64,000 bases of DNA from Obrimoposthia wandeli (GCA_977020255.1 CDROCS010000253.1:3906001-3970000); one strand, 5' to 3'; positions 51,601-61,290 are shown, numbered from the stretch's first letter. Made by a program: numbers and translations. Notes: a model not told the origin generated them from the sequence alone.

Positions 51601-51696
51601 GCTATTGTTGTTATTGGCGGCTTAATAACATCAACCATTACCACCCTATATCTATTACCACTATTTTATTGCTGGTTGGAGAAACGAAATGCCTGA
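48622..51696 (+). CDS. CusA/CzcA-family (HME) RND transporter
   Basis: IPIDAFPEISPTQV, AIGMLVDSSVVIVEN and RLRPVLMTA. Confidence 0.9.
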   Translation: MLNFLIKFSLTQRLFVCIFVVLTLFVGAKSWLSIPIDAFPEISPTQVKIVLKLPGMNALEIESQVTRVIETELLGIPSQEMLRSTTKYAITDITIDFEEGTDIYWARQQVNERLANILPSLPSNISGGMAPMSTPLSEVFMFTVENPTLSLTQRRELLDWHIRPLLRTVSGVADVNSLGGHVKAYEITPDILLMQQYNISFNELETAITATNQNGGVGRLVKGNDTLILRTEGKFENIDSLKNAVIKTTKNKVIKLHNIATISIGSLTRYGGVSKNGEEAVQGLIIALKNSNTAKVVDDVKSKLKTIEASLPTGTKINVFYDRSNLINTAINTITNALSQAVILVIVLLAIFLGDIRSSLVVALSLPMSALMTFILMKEFDLSANLMSLGGLVIAIGMLVDSSVVIVENIVNRLSSNQHLPRLHVIYRACKEVATPVFSGTIIIIIVFSPLLMLSGLEGKLFTPVALTIVFAMLSALLLSLTIIPILASLLLKNEPVKQPKLVTFLQRFYSKTLRKTINKPLAIVVLSISTFIVSIVLFQGLGKSFMPVLDEGDIIVQLEKSPSISLASSVDIDEQIEKALLKNTPEIIQIVARTGSDELGLDPMGLNETDVFMELAPKSTWRFDTKTELIEDIRNTLANYPGMNIGFTQPIQMRVSEMLTGGTGDISIKVFGNDIATLTSLAEEISALANKIPGASDVQMALIEGGKYVNIKLIPEVASQFGLSTQALSHYLKYQLEGLQISSLLDGNHAVPIVFNRAKNITSTADEISSIHALKQKLILMPNNVLLPLEQVANISMKNGPLLIEREKGNRFASVSANVVNRDVVSFVDELNIKIKNEIALPSGYTLTFGGEFESQQRATKNLLFLIPIALILIFIILFTTFNSLAKSSLIIANIPFALMGGVIALYVSNEYLSVPASVGFIALLGIAVLNGIVMISYFEQTKQAAESLHNRIIDGAKRRLRPVLMTATTAMFGLLPLVFATGPGAEIQKPLAIVVIGGLITSTITTLYLLPLFYCWLEKRNA

Positions 51697-51991
51697 ACAA
51701 GTAATATTTACCTTAAACGTACCTACGGGTTTAAAAGATGACGTCGTTGATAAATTAATCACCTTTTCGAATATTACCGGGTTTAATTTAAAAAAAATAA
51801 ATGGCTACAGTAAAGAACATAGTCAATTTGATATTGCTGAACAAGTTGAAGGATATAGAGCTTTTTATCAAATCGAGGTACTCATATTTTTAAAAGATAT
51901 TAAACAACTTAAGGCAAGCCTCAATCCTATTTGCCAACCGGCCAAGTTAAGGTATTGGCTTACACCCGTTATAGAAAGTGCACACTTTTAA
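51689..51991 (+). CDS. DUF3240-like (P-II-like) small protein
   Basis: ITGF...GYS.....IAEQVEGY...EV and YWLTPV pattern; overlaps the RND stop. Confidence 0.72.
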   Translation: MPEQVIFTLNVPTGLKDDVVDKLITFSNITGFNLKKINGYSKEHSQFDIAEQVEGYRAFYQIEVLIFLKDIKQLKASLNPICQPAKLRYWLTPVIESAHF

Positions 51992-52019
51992 CCCTGTAGA
52001 AAATAAAAGAGAGGTTGTT

Positions 52020-52739
52020 ATGAATAGTAAAAGAGAACAGATTTTCGTATGGAGTGGTAAAATTAGACTTTTTCATTGGATAAATGTTATCGCCATTTTA
52101 TTACTCATTGTTATCGGTGTTGTCATATTGAATGGCAAACTTTTTGGCGTAAGCACTGACGGAAAAATACTATTAAAAACAATACACGTGATTGTTGGAT
52201 ATGTTTTTTCTGCAAACTTAATTTTCCGTTTAATCATTGCTTTTATGGGTAAAACATATGAAAAATGGGGCAAGATGCTACCTTTTAAAAAAGGTTTTAC
52301 TGAGGAGTTAATTGAGTTTACCCAACAAAAAAGATTAACGTACAAGGGGCATAATCCAGCAGGTAAACTAATGGTGTTAGCGCTGTTATCATTAATGAGT
52401 GTTCAAATGGTTTCAGGTCTTGTCATCGCTGGTACTGATATTTATTACCCCCCTTTTGGTAACTATTTCACCCAGAGCATCGCTATTGATAAAGACAATT
52501 TAGCGGTGATAAAACCTTATTCAAAAGAAAATATCGATGAGGTATCTTATCAAGCAATGAGAGATTTTAGAAAACCCTTTATTACCGCGCATGTGTATTC
52601 TTTTTACTGTCTTTTATTTCTTATTCCATTGCATATTATCGGTGTCATCGTTGCTGAAAGACGCGAACGAAGCGCTATTGTATCTGCGATGTTCAATGGT
52701 TATAAATACCTTCCTAAAGATGAAAAAGGTAATCATTAG
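52020..52739 (+). CDS. Di-heme cytochrome b (hydrogenase cyt b/b561-like)
   Basis: RLFHW, TIHVIVG, GHNPAG, TAHVY and PLHII: four His ligands. Start moved to 52020 (GAGG RBS). Confidence 0.85.
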   Translation: MNSKREQIFVWSGKIRLFHWINVIAILLLIVIGVVILNGKLFGVSTDGKILLKTIHVIVGYVFSANLIFRLIIAFMGKTYEKWGKMLPFKKGFTEELIEFTQQKRLTYKGHNPAGKLMVLALLSLMSVQMVSGLVIAGTDIYYPPFGNYFTQSIAIDKDNLAVIKPYSKENIDEVSYQAMRDFRKPFITAHVYSFYCLLFLIPLHIIGVIVAERRERSAIVSAMFNGYKYLPKDEKGNH

Positions 52740-52771
52740 GTGTTTAATGATTGAGTAAAATAAAGAAATTC

Positions 52772-52809
52772 GAAAACTCAATAAAGTTAACAAACGTTAT
52801 TGAGTTTTC
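52772..52809. terminator. Inverted repeat between convergent genes
   Basis: GAAAACTCAATAA-N12-TTATTGAGTTTTC. Confidence 0.55.
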
Positions 52810-52827
52810 AATAACATTCGTTAACAG

Positions 52828-54021
52828 TTACCCTTTAAACTGCCATTTATCAAATTGATCCGCTGGCATAGGCCTAGCGATATAATATCCTTGAGCAATA
52901 TCACAACTTTCTGCTAATAATAAATCCCATGTTTCTTTATCTTCAACCCCTTCTGCTACCACTTCCATATTAAGCTTATGCGCTAACATAATGCAGGTTT
53001 CAACAATGGCCTTACTCTCCTTTTCTTGCTTCATATTAGCAACGAAAGACTGATCAATTTTCAATTCGGTAAAAGGGATTTTATGTAACTGCGATAACGA
53101 TGAATACCCGGTACCAAAATCATCAATGGATAGTTGAAAGCCCTTTAACCTGAGACGAGTTAAAATATCTAATGACGTCACTTCACTATCCATTAAGGCA
53201 CTTTCTGTTAACTCTAAAACAATCATAGAGGGATCAAGTTCATACTCCTTAACCAGCATTCTTAGCTGTTCAGGGAGTTTTAAGCTAGTTATATTTTGTG
53301 CTGAGATATTAATAGATAATCGAATCGATTTATGCAATTCTTGCCAATGAACACTTTGTCTTATCGCTAAATGGATGACTTCTTCAGAAAGCTGTTCTAT
53401 TAAGCCAGTTTGCTCTGCAAGGGCAATAAATTTATCAGGAAAAATAAGGCCAAACTCAGGGTGTAACCAACGGACTAATACTTCAGCGCCATGAAGACTG
53501 CCCGTTCTCATATTAATTTGAGGTTGGTAATATAAAAAGAGTTGTTTGTTATCAATAGCATCACGTAAGTCTTTTTCTGTTGGAATAAACTCAAACACCC
53601 CTAGAGTAGATTTATCATTATTTGTGCTAACAAGTTCTCTTTGCGTCTGTTTATCCGCTAATGATGTCAATAAGCGCGTTAATACGTTGGTATTAATTGG
53701 TTTAGTAAAAGTACTGGTAACATTTAACCCGCAACTTAACGCTAAAGTTTCAGCTGAATGTAATACACCGCTGTCGTAACCACTGACTAAAATCAAGCTT
53801 GCCGGAGATTTATGCTTAGCTAAATGGCGAATTACTTCAATACCATCCATATCAGGCATCATCAAATCTAATAGTATAATGTCATGTGTATGCAAGGTTA
53901 ACGTTAAAAATGCGCGCGCATGCTGAAATGTTTGAACATTACTAAAAATAGGCTCAACGATAGTTTTAAGTAAGTTACACGTTAACGTATCATCATCAAC
54001 AATGAAAACTCTATTGCTCAT
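52828..54021 (-). CDS. REC-EAL c-di-GMP phosphodiesterase
   Basis: IVDDD/LDLMMP receiver; EVLVRW, ELTE, DDFGTGYSSL, KIDQSF, AEGVE and QGY. Confidence 0.92.
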   Translation of the reverse strand: MSNRVFIVDDDTLTCNLLKTIVEPIFSNVQTFQHARAFLTLTLHTHDIILLDLMMPDMDGIEVIRHLAKHKSPASLILVSGYDSGVLHSAETLALSCGLNVTSTFTKPINTNVLTRLLTSLADKQTQRELVSTNNDKSTLGVFEFIPTEKDLRDAIDNKQLFLYYQPQINMRTGSLHGAEVLVRWLHPEFGLIFPDKFIALAEQTGLIEQLSEEVIHLAIRQSVHWQELHKSIRLSINISAQNITSLKLPEQLRMLVKEYELDPSMIVLELTESALMDSEVTSLDILTRLRLKGFQLSIDDFGTGYSSLSQLHKIPFTELKIDQSFVANMKQEKESKAIVETCIMLAHKLNMEVVAEGVEDKETWDLLLAESCDIAQGYYIARPMPADQFDKWQFKG

Positions 54022-57000
54022 ACGTATCACCCTCGTCGGTATTACCTTTTAATCCCTTTTCCTCTTGCTCTTTTTTTTTCATAATATACTTATATAAAGG
54101 CTTATCCATTTCCATTATATGCTCAACTAGCCATACGCTCATTTCTGTACTTAACCACAATAGAATTTCTTTTTCTGAACAAGCAACAAGCTTTTGACTG
54201 AGTTGTTTAGCAATCATATCGTGTACCTCACTATGATTTTTAGCATAAGGGTAATTAATTTTTTTCATCCACCATTCTTCCCTAACAAAGTGCTCCTGAG
54301 TATAGTGAACTAGCTCGGTGATAATTTCTTGTAGGGGTTGATGAAAATCGTCGACTGTTAATAAGTCTTGACAGCGATTAAGTAAAACACACAGTAATTT
54401 ATGATCATCATCGAGTACGCCACCATCATCAATGCTCATTTCATTTGTCCATATTATTCTTTTTATTTGTGAAATTTCAATGATTTTTTCAGTGCTGTAA
54501 TTACTGTCCTGCTCACTGTTCTGATGACTAACCTGCAATATATTAGTCTCTTGGTTGTCTAAACAATGTCTAACTCTACTAAGTAAAAAATTGTTTTCAT
54601 AAGGCTTTGCAATGATAGCTTCGTCTAACGTTATTTTGTTATCAGCTTGATTGCCTTGAAAACCACTAGCTAATATTATTTTTAATTTAGGATAAAGTTT
54701 TTGCGCTTTTTCGACTAAAAGATAGCCATTCATTTGAGGCATAATAATGTCTGAAAACATCAAGTCAATTGAATTTTTTTCTAAAACAGCTAACGCATCT
54801 ATACCATTAGTAGCCGTTAAAACACGATAACCTTTTGCCATTAAAATTGTTTGAGCTAAAGTACGTAGCAGAGGTTCATCATCTACAACGAGAATGCTTT
54901 CATTTCCTTGTACACTAGGCTGCTCTTCTTTATTTTCGTCTCTATCTTCTTCTTGGTATTCTTCTGTCGGCTTTGGGAAATAAAGTGAAAATCTCGTTCC
55001 TGCTTCCGGCTCTGAATAGACATTAATAGCGCCCATCGAAGATTTCATAAAGCCATAAACTTGTGCTAACCCTAATCCTGATCCTTGATCTCCTTTAGTG
55101 GAAAAAAACGGTTCGAATATTTTATCTTGAATAGCTTTACTCATGCCGACACCATTATCTTCAATAGATAATTGTACATATTTACCTTGATGAATATTAA
55201 AGCTACTTGCTTGTTCTTTTGATAACTCCACCTCACAAGTTGATAAGGTTAACATGCCACCTTGAGGCATCGCATGCATAGCATTAATTGCCATATTTAA
55301 TAAAGCGTCTTCGAAAGAGTTTCGATCAATATTAATCTTATGAATATCATCATCAAGATTTAGCGTTAACTCTACCGACAGTAATGTTTTACGAAGCACA
55401 TCTTTATTATTTTTTATTAGACGATTAATATCTGATTCTTGACTAGAGTCGGGTGTTTGACGGGAAAAAGAAAGTAATTTACGGGTGAGTTGTGCACCTC
55501 TATTACCCGCTTGATTAATTTGATCGACAAAATTAAGCAATGCAGGCTGATCTGTTAACTGGGCTTTTAAAATATCGCTATAACCAATAATAACGCCCAA
55601 CATATTGTTATAATCATGGGCAATACCACCCGTTAATTGCCCAAGCGCTTCCATTTTTTGTGTTCTGTTTAAGAGTTTTTCATGCTGTTTTGTTTTTGAT
55701 AAGTCATGACAAACCCCGACAAAACGTTTTCGTTCATCATGATTTTTAGGAAGCTCAGCGATAGTTAAATGTAAGGGAAATGTTTTCTGATCCTTATTTT
55801 CCCCAATAAGCTCTCGACCTTTTCCTATTATTTGGGTTTCACCCGTTAATAAATAATTTTTTATATAATTATCATGTTGCCTAGCTAGCTTTTCTGGCAT
55901 GAGTAAACTCACATTTTTGCCAATTAATTCTTCTGTCGTATAACCAAACATTTGCTCTGTGGCTCTATTACAACTTTGTATCAAACCTAAATCATTAATC
56001 GTAATAACGGCATCGAATATGGCATCAAGCGTTTGAGATAACTCTTTTTGTTGCTTTGAAATTTTGGCAAGATTAGCAATATGCTCGGTCACATCATGGC
56101 CAATTCCTATGACGCCAGCAATATCACCACTTTCTTTTCTTAAGGGAAACTTTGAGGTTTCAATAATTTTATTATTTTCAAGTGGTCGACAGCCCGGAAT
56201 ATCAACACGATTACCATTCAATACTTCTTGGTCTTGAGCTCTAATTTTATTTATTTGTTCCTCGGTAAAACCAAGCTGTTGGTCAGTTTTTCCAATTAAA
56301 AATTGAGATGATTTTTTTAAAGACTGAGCATAAGCATTATTAGCTAAAATATATTGGTGTTCTGTATTCTTGGCGTAAATTAAATCAGGTGTTGAACTAA
56401 TCACGTTATTTATTAATGTGTTCGATTGCTCTAACTGAATCTCTGCTTGTTTTTTTTCTGTTATATCAATAATAATACCTTGATAAAAAGTAACGTTTCC
56501 ATCCTCATCTCGTTCAACTGTGGTTCTGTCATCAACCCAGTACACTTTTCCTGAAGGAGACACAATACGATATTCGTGAGTAAAGTTTTTCACTCCATTT
56601 TCAGTGAAATTATTAACCTCTTTCATCACACGCACTATATCTTGAGGGTGCAGCATATCTGTATATTTAATTTTTCCAGAGAGTAAATCACTTGCTTGAA
56701 CGCCCAATAAATCAATGTTGCTTGATACATGTTCTACCGAGCAGTTTTCATCCGCTCGCCAGCGAAACGCGATAACGGGGCTATTTTCAATAACAAGCTT
56801 GGATGTCTCAAGGTTATCTTGATAATGCTTTAATTGAGTGATATCGCGTGCATTCACCATAACACCATAAATATTGCCGTCGTCTTGATAATAGGGCGAT
56901 AGTTCAATCTCCATAAACAAGTGATGTTCCGGCGTCATTTTCATCCACCTTTCTAGCTTAATAACATCACCAGCTAAACAACGTTCACAGTGACTTTTAA

Positions 57001-58051
57001 TCTCTGCATCAAAATATTTTTTGCCAAAAATATCAATGAGGTTTTTACCAACAACCTGCTCAATGGTTAAATTAAGCTTTTCTACATAGGCTTGGTTCAC
57101 CGCTAAATAAACAAAATTATCATCAAGTAACGCTTGCATGCCTGATGATAAAGTCACCATAGATTTATATTGATGTAAGTTTTTATTGCTTTCATCTTGA
57201 AAAGCCATCAATTTTTTAGTGACAAGCATGGCCATAAAACCACAGATTACAGAAAATAATATAAGAATAGAGGTAGAGACAAAAATAGAATTATTAACCG
57301 AGTTGACGGTAAACATAAAATGTTGAATTAGCCCTGTTATAAATACACTCAAGACCGTAAAGGGGGTAATAAACCGTATCAACGCAGTAGAGGGCGATAC
57401 GTCCGTAAATATTTTCATTAAATAATTTTTTTTATCATTTATTATCAGTATGCCAGAGACGCATAAAAAGCCTAAACTGGTCGATAAAGCCATAGGTATG
57501 ATGTCTTGTGTATTATAAAACAAAGGCGATTTATAAAGGTAGGTAACGATAAATAACAATGACGTTAATGATAAAAGCGTAGTGAAAATAGGTTTGATTA
57601 GGTTAATAAAATGACTGATTTTACGCTTTTTACTTTGATTCAATAGTATGAGCAACACACAACTAGTAAGAAAAAAACAAAACCCCGTTACAGGAGACAT
57701 TCTAGCAAGAGGGATACCATCAAGATATCCAAAACTAGGAACGATATAACTCTCCAAATTAAGTTCAACACCCGTTAAATACTGAACGACTTCTAACAAT
57801 CCAAATAGAGCAACAATAAATATGGTTAGCGAAATATACCTTTTATAGCGATAAAATTCTCTTGTATATTTAACCCAAACTAGCGAGACAAAAATAGTCA
57901 CTAAAAATAAAATAGCGGTTGATGGAGCCATTGGAATAAAGCCGTCATCAATACTTAAAAAAAATTCGAATAAAGGTAAATATAAAATACCACCTAATAA
58001 AGCTAAGCTAAATACACTTACAAACAGAATTATATTTAATTTTTGTTTCAC
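54011..58051 (-). CDS. Hybrid histidine kinase: TM domain, 4 PAS, HisKA, HATPase, REC, hemerythrin
   Basis: IAHDYNN H-box, TKGDQGSGLGL, VVDDE/SDIIMP receiver, and C-terminal DDDH/HFVRE/HSEVH/HIMEMD. Confidence 0.92.
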   Translation of the reverse strand: MKQKLNIILFVSVFSLALLGGILYLPLFEFFLSIDDGFIPMAPSTAILFLVTIFVSLVWVKYTREFYRYKRYISLTIFIVALFGLLEVVQYLTGVELNLESYIVPSFGYLDGIPLARMSPVTGFCFFLTSCVLLILLNQSKKRKISHFINLIKPIFTTLLSLTSLLFIVTYLYKSPLFYNTQDIIPMALSTSLGFLCVSGILIINDKKNYLMKIFTDVSPSTALIRFITPFTVLSVFITGLIQHFMFTVNSVNNSIFVSTSILILFSVICGFMAMLVTKKLMAFQDESNKNLHQYKSMVTLSSGMQALLDDNFVYLAVNQAYVEKLNLTIEQVVGKNLIDIFGKKYFDAEIKSHCERCLAGDVIKLERWMKMTPEHHLFMEIELSPYYQDDGNIYGVMVNARDITQLKHYQDNLETSKLVIENSPVIAFRWRADENCSVEHVSSNIDLLGVQASDLLSGKIKYTDMLHPQDIVRVMKEVNNFTENGVKNFTHEYRIVSPSGKVYWVDDRTTVERDEDGNVTFYQGIIIDITEKKQAEIQLEQSNTLINNVISSTPDLIYAKNTEHQYILANNAYAQSLKKSSQFLIGKTDQQLGFTEEQINKIRAQDQEVLNGNRVDIPGCRPLENNKIIETSKFPLRKESGDIAGVIGIGHDVTEHIANLAKISKQQKELSQTLDAIFDAVITINDLGLIQSCNRATEQMFGYTTEELIGKNVSLLMPEKLARQHDNYIKNYLLTGETQIIGKGRELIGENKDQKTFPLHLTIAELPKNHDERKRFVGVCHDLSKTKQHEKLLNRTQKMEALGQLTGGIAHDYNNMLGVIIGYSDILKAQLTDQPALLNFVDQINQAGNRGAQLTRKLLSFSRQTPDSSQESDINRLIKNNKDVLRKTLLSVELTLNLDDDIHKINIDRNSFEDALLNMAINAMHAMPQGGMLTLSTCEVELSKEQASSFNIHQGKYVQLSIEDNGVGMSKAIQDKIFEPFFSTKGDQGSGLGLAQVYGFMKSSMGAINVYSEPEAGTRFSLYFPKPTEEYQEEDRDENKEEQPSVQGNESILVVDDEPLLRTLAQTILMAKGYRVLTATNGIDALAVLEKNSIDLMFSDIIMPQMNGYLLVEKAQKLYPKLKIILASGFQGNQADNKITLDEAIIAKPYENNFLLSRVRHCLDNQETNILQVSHQNSEQDSNYSTEKIIEISQIKRIIWTNEMSIDDGGVLDDDHKLLCVLLNRCQDLLTVDDFHQPLQEIITELVHYTQEHFVREEWWMKKINYPYAKNHSEVHDMIAKQLSQKLVACSEKEILLWLSTEMSVWLVEHIMEMDKPLYKYIMKKKEQEEKGLKGNTDEGDTYEQ

Positions 58052-58144
58052 TTATATTCCTATTATTTTTTATTGAAATTTTTAAGAACATTGTTCATTA
58101 TTCTATTAAAAATCCCATGACCCAAACTATGCTGAAATAGGTGT

Positions 58145-58410
58145 TATACCCGTTCCACTTGAAGATGCAGGATTCAGCTGGAATTAGAAACGCCTTTAGG
58201 CAAGGCATTGATTGAAGAGAATAGTTATTCTATTGTCGAAATCAATAACGCAGCATAAAGCGTTTATAAACCAGCCCTTTGGGGAATACTGAGCAAAGCA
58301 TACCCGTCGTTGCATTTGTTTTAAGGGAGCAACCCTTAACAAAAAAATGTGCCTTGATTATGATTCGCTCAGGTTTCCTGAAACGAGCATCTTCAAGTGG
58401 AGCGGGTATA
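58145..58410 (-). mobile_element. ERIC-like MITE type 1 lacking the REP-like module
   Basis: Same TIRs; a ~105-bp block nearly identical to the copy at 2546; 49 bp shorter. Confidence 0.87.
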
Positions 58411-58425
58411 TACCATTAAATTTGA

Positions 58426-58998
58426 TTAATTTAATGCCAGTTGTTTTAATAAAGCAGCAGCATCTATAGGTTTATTTAAACAAGTTTCTGCACCAATACT
58501 TTTAAGTTTTTCAATCTCACTTTGACTCACATTTCCAGAAATAGTAATCACGCGAATATGATTTTGTAGCGGGTTTTCCTTGACCGATTGGCATACTTGA
58601 AAACCATCAAGACCCGGCATTTTAAGATCTAACAACAGTATATTCGGGGTAAAATCACGCAGTTTATTCGCCGCGTCAAAACCATCTAAACTGATTTCAA
58701 CTTCTACCTTTTTAATTTCTATTTTTAGTAACGTCTTTAGAAATTCAGCAAAATGAATATCATCATCAACAATCAAAACTTTAGGATTATCACTGGTATT
58801 AGTATTAAGCTGAATGTTTTTTTGTGTGGCAAATTCTTTTATATCATCAAGTTTAAAACGGCGATGGCCACCAGCAGTGACTCTTGCTTTTAAGCTACCT
58901 TTTTCTGCCCATAAACGAACGGCTGCAGTAGAAACCATAAGCAATTCAGCAACCTCTTTAGGCGTTAAGTAGCTTTTTACTGGTTTTTTCGATGACAT
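58426..58998 (-). CDS. Response regulator with N-terminal excisionase-like HTH
   Basis: YLTPKEVAELL...TAGGHRRF followed by REC (IVDDD, LDLKMP, NKP). Confidence 0.88.
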   Translation of the reverse strand: MSSKKPVKSYLTPKEVAELLMVSTAAVRLWAEKGSLKARVTAGGHRRFKLDDIKEFATQKNIQLNTNTSDNPKVLIVDDDIHFAEFLKTLLKIEIKKVEVEISLDGFDAANKLRDFTPNILLLDLKMPGLDGFQVCQSVKENPLQNHIRVITISGNVSQSEIEKLKSIGAETCLNKPIDAAALLKQLALN

Positions 58999-59097
58999 TT
59001 AGATAACTTACTTGATGATTGATGCGTAGTAATTATTCGCTAACATATAAGAAGCACTTGCACTTTTAAATAATTTTTATTCTTTATTTAACTATAT

Positions 59098-59111
59098 ATG
59101 ATCCATATCAA
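59098..59111. promoter_or_regulatory. Possible FNR box in the divergent RR/MCP region
   Basis: ATGAT-ccat-ATCAA (1 mismatch); no convincing -10 element at the class II distance. Confidence 0.35.
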
Positions 59112-59217
59112 ACGAGTTTAATGTTTATTGCGTTTTTTGCGAATTCCATTGTTTTTATGGTTCTATTACGTAGACTTTACTTTTATAAATAACTTCAACA
59201 GTTCATGGAAGGTCCTA

Positions 59218-61206
59218 ATGCGGCTTGTAGATATCTCCTTTAATAAGAAAATTTTTATTTTATTACTTTTTCCTCTGTTGGGGTTTTTAGGAATAGGAAT
59301 AAACGCCATTGTATCTTCCCTTTCAACAAACAATGAAATGGAAAAGCTGAGCAAGTACACCAAACTTTCTTCGGTATATAGTGAGCTCGTTCATGAGCTA
59401 CAAAAAGAGAGAGGAATGACCGCTGGTTTTCTTGGCTCCAAAGGAGTGAGGTTTGCCAACACATTACCAAGCCAAAGACAGAAAACCTCTAATATAGCGG
59501 AGAAACGAGTAAAGTACTGGCAAGAAAATCAATTTGATAATAAGCAGATTCAACAATTAAATGACAATATTACTCAGCGTATAAATATGCTGGCTCAAAT
59601 TAGAAACAATGTTAACAAATTATCAATTCCTTTATCTGATGCGGTAGCCTTCTATACAAAAACCAATGAATTATTATTAAGTGTTTCAACTATCATTGCT
59701 AAAATATCTACGAATGCTGAGATAACAAAAGAAACGGTTGCTTATTATAATTTTCTTCAAGGTAAAGAAAGAGCCGGTATTGAAAGAGCGGTATTAACCG
59801 GTACTTTTGCTTCAGGTAAATTTAATCAGGGAGAGTACCAAAAGTTCATCCAATTTCTTTCAGAGCAAAACACTTATTTTTATAGCTTTAATGCCTTCGC
59901 AAGTGATGAAAATAAAAGTTACTTTATGCAGAAACAAAGTGCCCCCTCAATCAAAGAAGTGATCAAGCTAAGAAATATTGCGATAAATAATGCTACTTCA
60001 GAAAACCTTAATGTCGACGCTACTTATTGGTTTGAACAATCAACGAAAAGAATTGGCGTATTAAAAAACATTGAAGATAAATTAACTAATTCGTTATTGA
60101 TACTAGCTAAAGAAACCCAACAAAAAGCATTTAACACGTTAATTTATCTCGTAACGACTGCACTTGTCATTCTCTTGTTAGTTGCTGTTTTTAGTTTTTA
60201 TATTATGAAAGAGCTACATAACCAAGTCGCAGATCTTACTTGTGTTATGTCAAAAGTGAGTGATGAAAATGATTTAACTGCCAGAGCAACATTTACCGGT
60301 AAGAGCGAGTTAGGGCAAATTTCTACTGCGTTGAATCTAACGCTTGAGAAGTTTTCAGGCGCAATGAGTGAGATTTCTACTTCCAGTACAATGCTTGCCG
60401 CCGCAGCAGAAGAAACATCACAAACATGTGAACATAACTCTCGTTCGTTGGTTGAACAACAAGATGAAATTACGCTTATTGCTACCGCGATAGAAGAGTT
60501 ATCTGCGACAGTTAAAGAAGTTGCAGGAAATACTCAATTAGCCGCTGATTCAGCAAAAGAAGCTGATGAGCAAGCACAAAATGGAGCTGGTGTTGTCCAA
60601 GCATCGTACCATTCAATTGAAAGCCTTGCTGAAGAAATAAATAACTTGGCTCAAAGAATCACAAGCCTTCACGAAAGTAGTAACAATATAACAAGTGTGG
60701 TTGATGTGATTAAATCAGTCGCAGAACAAACTAACTTACTTGCCTTAAATGCTGCAATTGAAGCAGCAAGAGCCGGTGAACAAGGCCGTGGTTTTGCTGT
60801 TGTTGCAGATGAAGTTAGAACGTTAGCTCAAAGAACTCAACAATCAACAAGTGAGATTGAAAGTTTTATTTCGGCCCTACAATCAGATGCTAACTCAGCC
60901 TATAGTGTGATAGAAAAGAGTCAAAAAATGGCAGTGAGTGCGGTAGAAAATTCAAAAAATGTTGAGCAAACGTTAGGCGCTATCACCCACTCCGTCAGTA
61001 ATATTTTTGCGATGACCGAGCAGGTTGCTGTTGCGGTAGAAGAACAAGCAATGGTTACTCAAGATGTAGCTAAAAATGTTGTCACTATTGAGCATAAGTC
61101 AATGGAATCAACAACAGGTTCAACTCAAATAACCACTACAGCCAAAGAACAAGCAATGCTCGCGGTAACATTACAAGATATATCGACGATATTCAAAATA
61201 TCTTAA
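59218..61206 (+). CDS. Methyl-accepting chemotaxis protein with NIT (nitrate/nitrite) domain
   Basis: [10 protein letters not shown] and [13 protein letters not shown] motifs, HAMP and [27 protein letters not shown]. Start moved to the Met at 59218. Confidence 0.88.
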   Translation: MRLVDISFNKKIFILLLFPLLGFLGIGINAIVSSLSTNNEMEKLSKYTKLSSVYSELVHELQKERGMTAGFLGSKGVRFANTLPSQRQKTSNIAEKRVKYWQENQFDNKQIQQLNDNITQRINMLAQIRNNVNKLSIPLSDAVAFYTKTNELLLSVSTIIAKISTNAEITKETVAYYNFLQGKERAGIERAVLTGTFASGKFNQGEYQKFIQFLSEQNTYFYSFNAFASDENKSYFMQKQSAPSIKEVIKLRNIAINNATSENLNVDATYWFEQSTKRIGVLKNIEDKLTNSLLILAKETQQKAFNTLIYLVTTALVILLLVAVFSFYIMKELHNQVADLTCVMSKVSDENDLTARATFTGKSELGQISTALNLTLEKFSGAMSEISTSSTMLAAAAEETSQTCEHNSRSLVEQQDEITLIATAIEELSATVKEVAGNTQLAADSAKEADEQAQNGAGVVQASYHSIESLAEEINNLAQRITSLHESSNNITSVVDVIKSVAEQTNLLALNAAIEAARAGEQGRGFAVVADEVRTLAQRTQQSTSEIESFISALQSDANSAYSVIEKSQKMAVSAVENSKNVEQTLGAITHSVSNIFAMTEQVAVAVEEQAMVTQDVAKNVVTIEHKSMESTTGSTQITTTAKEQAMLAVTLQDISTIFKIS

Positions 61207-61256
61207 GACATTGGTCGTGATGTAATCGGCACATTAATAGTGTCTACATAACACTC

Positions 61257-61290
61257 GTTTTAAGGCTTGGGAATGCTCAAGCCTTAAAAC
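61257..61290. terminator. Hairpin after the MCP
   Basis: GTTTTAAGGCTTG ... CAAGCCTTAAAAC, 13-bp perfect arms. Confidence 0.7.

Noticed and set aside
2546-58410. Repeated ~250-300 bp units as CRISPR array, integron attC sites or full IS elements
   Set aside because: They are dispersed rather than arrayed, have no spacers, no cas/intI/transposase ORF, and no GTTRRRY cassette structure.
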